NCBI RefSeq assembly: GCF_000015145.1
Contig: NC_008818.1
Location: 30,001-62,000 of the forward strand
DNA length: 32,000 nucleotides
From: Hyperthermus butylicus DSM 5456
GTDB lineage: Archaea > Thermoproteota > Thermoprotei_A > Sulfolobales > Pyrodictiaceae
Direction of reading: 5' to 3'
The position numbers and the translations under genes are program-made. The notes under the pieces were generated by a model, which saw nothing but the letters and a program-made list of their open reading frames with translations, had not been told where the DNA came from and did not search any database. Below, in pieces: positions 30,270 through 32,000 of the stretch (position 1 is its first letter; the number at the start of each line of letters is the position of its first letter).

Positions 30270-32000
30270 ATGGCACCCCGTCTAGCTAGTTTAGCTGCTT
30301 CTCTAACTATACTAGCACTCCTAATGCTACCTATTGCGGGGATTGTGCAGGTTTCAGCAACTGAGGAGAAGATCGTAGAAGTGACTATTCCAACACGTGC
30401 CGTCAAAGCGGAGCTTGCCAAGGGCTTAATAGTATACCCTCGGCTTTCAGCGCCAGCCTTCGTAGAAGCTGGTGGCACGTTTAAGCTTGTAATCTCGCAG
30501 CCTGCCACTGTTGAGAAGGTTGTTATAGACGACGGCTACGGGCACAGCTACGAGTGTAGTGTTGAAGCGATAAGTGATACACTCTACACTGTCAGAGTTC
30601 CAAGCGATGCAGTAAAAGGAGTCTATGACCTCATAGTGTTCCTTAGCGATAAGGTTGTCGGTGAACCTCACGCGGTTTATGTTGGCAAATCCTCGGACTA
30701 CAATGAGATGTTAATAGTACATATTAGCGATAGACACTTCGGAGTGGTAAATGCTAATGGTAGGGCTGCTGCAAACTATGACCTAGCAGTAGCCGTTATC
30801 GCTCTGGGCCTGCCAGCAAACACTATAGTAATAGACACGGGTGATGTTGCAGACACGGCTAACGGCTACGAATACATGCAAAGCCTTGACGTTGACTTGC
30901 TCCTCAACAAGCCTCTCATAGGGGTGCCAGGAAACCATGACCATGTAGCGGGCTCTAAACTCTACACGGTGTACAGGGGCCCATTCAACTACACGCTATC
31001 AATCTTCAACCTATACCGCATCGTGGGCATCGACAGTGGCAGCGAGGGCTACATATCGGATGACCAGGCCGAGTGGGCTCGCAGAATCCTTGAGTCCTCC
31101 CAAGAGCCCGTAACGATATTGCTATTCCATCATCCGCACTTCACTCACCTCTACGGCGAAGAGCCAACAGTCTTTAAGGCATCAACAGCCGACGAACTAT
31201 ATGAGATACTTGTATCAAATAAGCCTGACAGCACGTACACGTACATCTACTCAAGCTGGCTGGCAAACAATGAGTCGCTAAAGACACTCATTGAGGGTAT
31301 AATGGCTAACAAGGCTAAGCTGATACTCGTCCTAAGCGGCCATATACACATGGACTCCTATGCCCTAGTAGAGAGACCCGACGGCTCCAAGATACAGTAC
31401 ATCGTTACAACGTCGACGGGCGGAAGTGTCAGGACATACCGTAACGACTATCATGGCTTCAGAATAATCAAGGTAACAGCTGACGGAGGCCTAGAGATCT
31501 ACGGTGATGGCAAGCCCTGGGAGTTGCATGCAAGCTTCAGCACGGAGAACACCACGGTAGCCTATGTAACGGGGAAGAATGCAGTAGCAATGCTATTCAC
31601 GCTAGGAAACAGCAATGTTGCAAAACTCATGGAGAAGACCGTGCTAGCAGTACATGTACCTGAGGAGTTCGAAGGCAAAACTGTAAAGGCACTGTTGAAG
31701 GGCCTTGACCGTGTAGAGCTACGTTGTACACCACTGGGCTGCGTAGCCTACGGGATAGCTGATACACCACCCAAGGTAGGCTATACCTACAAGCTAGTAC
31801 TATACACTACTGAAGACCTGGAGCCCCCATCAATAACTGTTAAGAGGGTTACGCCGAAGTCGCCTACAATAGGTCGCCAAGTATCAATAACCTTTACTGT
31901 TAGTGATGACTCGTGGGGTGTAGCCAAGGTTCTAGTAACACTACAGTACGATGGCAAGAAGGTTGAGCTACTCCCGTCGAAGACTGGTGACGTATACCGC
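30270..32000 (+). CDS. Secreted calcineurin-like metallophosphoesterase with C-terminal beta-rich (Ig/CARDB-like) domains (3' partial; runs off the window)
   Basis: Absent from the ORF track because no stop is reached. I translated the frame from the ATG at 30270 to nt 32000 without a stop. Signal peptide MAPRLASLAASLTILALLMLPIAGIVQVSA. Phosphoesterase motifs HISDRH, DTGDVAD, GNHD, FHHPH and SGHIH are present. GGAGGGGGG lies just upstream of the ATG. Confidence 0.8.
   Translation, partial: MAPRLASLAASLTILALLMLPIAGIVQVSATEEKIVEVTIPTRAVKAELAKGLIVYPRLSAPAFVEAGGTFKLVISQPATVEKVVIDDGYGHSYECSVEAISDTLYTVRVPSDAVKGVYDLIVFLSDKVVGEPHAVYVGKSSDYNEMLIVHISDRHFGVVNANGRAAANYDLAVAVIALGLPANTIVIDTGDVADTANGYEYMQSLDVDLLLNKPLIGVPGNHDHVAGSKLYTVYRGPFNYTLSIFNLYRIVGIDSGSEGYISDDQAEWARRILESSQEPVTILLFHHPHFTHLYGEEPTVFKASTADELYEILVSNKPDSTYTYIYSSWLANNESLKTLIEGIMANKAKLILVLSGHIHMDSYALVERPDGSKIQYIVTTSTGGSVRTYRNDYHGFRIIKVTADGGLEIYGDGKPWELHASFSTENTTVAYVTGKNAVAMLFTLGNSNVAKLMEKTVLAVHVPEEFEGKTVKALLKGLDRVELRCTPLGCVAYGIADTPPKVGYTYKLVLYTTEDLEPPSITVKRVTPKSPTIGRQVSITFTVSDDSWGVAKVLVTLQYDGKKVELLPSKTGDVYR

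Noticed and set aside
1-32000. CRISPR arrays, IS elements, integrases, prophage or defence islands
   Set aside because: I found no spaced direct repeats of CRISPR type. I saw no transposase, integrase or Cas-like translations in any listed ORF, and no terminal inverted repeats. The tRNA gene shows no adjacent integrase or partial tRNA duplication.

Overview
The window looks like a gene-dense housekeeping region of a hyperthermophilic archaeon, probably a crenarchaeon of the Desulfurococcales type. That assignment is an inference from TFB, RpoP, aSUI1, class I LysRS, tRNA-splicing endonuclease, a very GC-rich tRNA, and TATA boxes about 25 nt upstream of start codons. I support 35 protein-coding genes; the first and last run off the window ends, and the last (30270..>32000) is missing from the ORF track. 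There is one tRNA-Thr(UGU) and one good unannotated C/D box sRNA candidate. The main themes are: (1) translation and transcription: GlyRS, a LysRS-I homolog, SUI1, TFB, RpoP, EndA, tRNA-Thr; (2) polyamine and hypusine metabolism: deoxyhypusine synthase, an agmatinase-family ureohydrolase, an aminopropyltransferase; (3) cofactor enzymes: UbiX, a UbiE-like methyltransferase, RibL, two radical SAM proteins; (4) an XPD/Rad3-like Fe-S helicase; (5) a three-gene ABC importer operon next to two secreted or anchored envelope proteins. I found no CRISPR array, transposase, integrase, IS element, toxin-antitoxin pair or recognisable defence gene. I cannot honestly claim a new multi-gene system here. The observations most worth a second look are: the C/D sRNA at 17994-18052; a ~90-nt element of ~70% GC bracketed by 8-nt direct repeats downstream of the helicase gene; a radical SAM/TRAM protein with a CX24CX2C cluster motif; a LysRS-I homolog whose KMSKS-equivalent lysines are both Asp; two perfect tandem micro-duplications; and a perfect 10-bp hairpin abutting a start codon. 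Many start codons are TTG or GTG, so several 5' ends are uncertain, as noted per feature.
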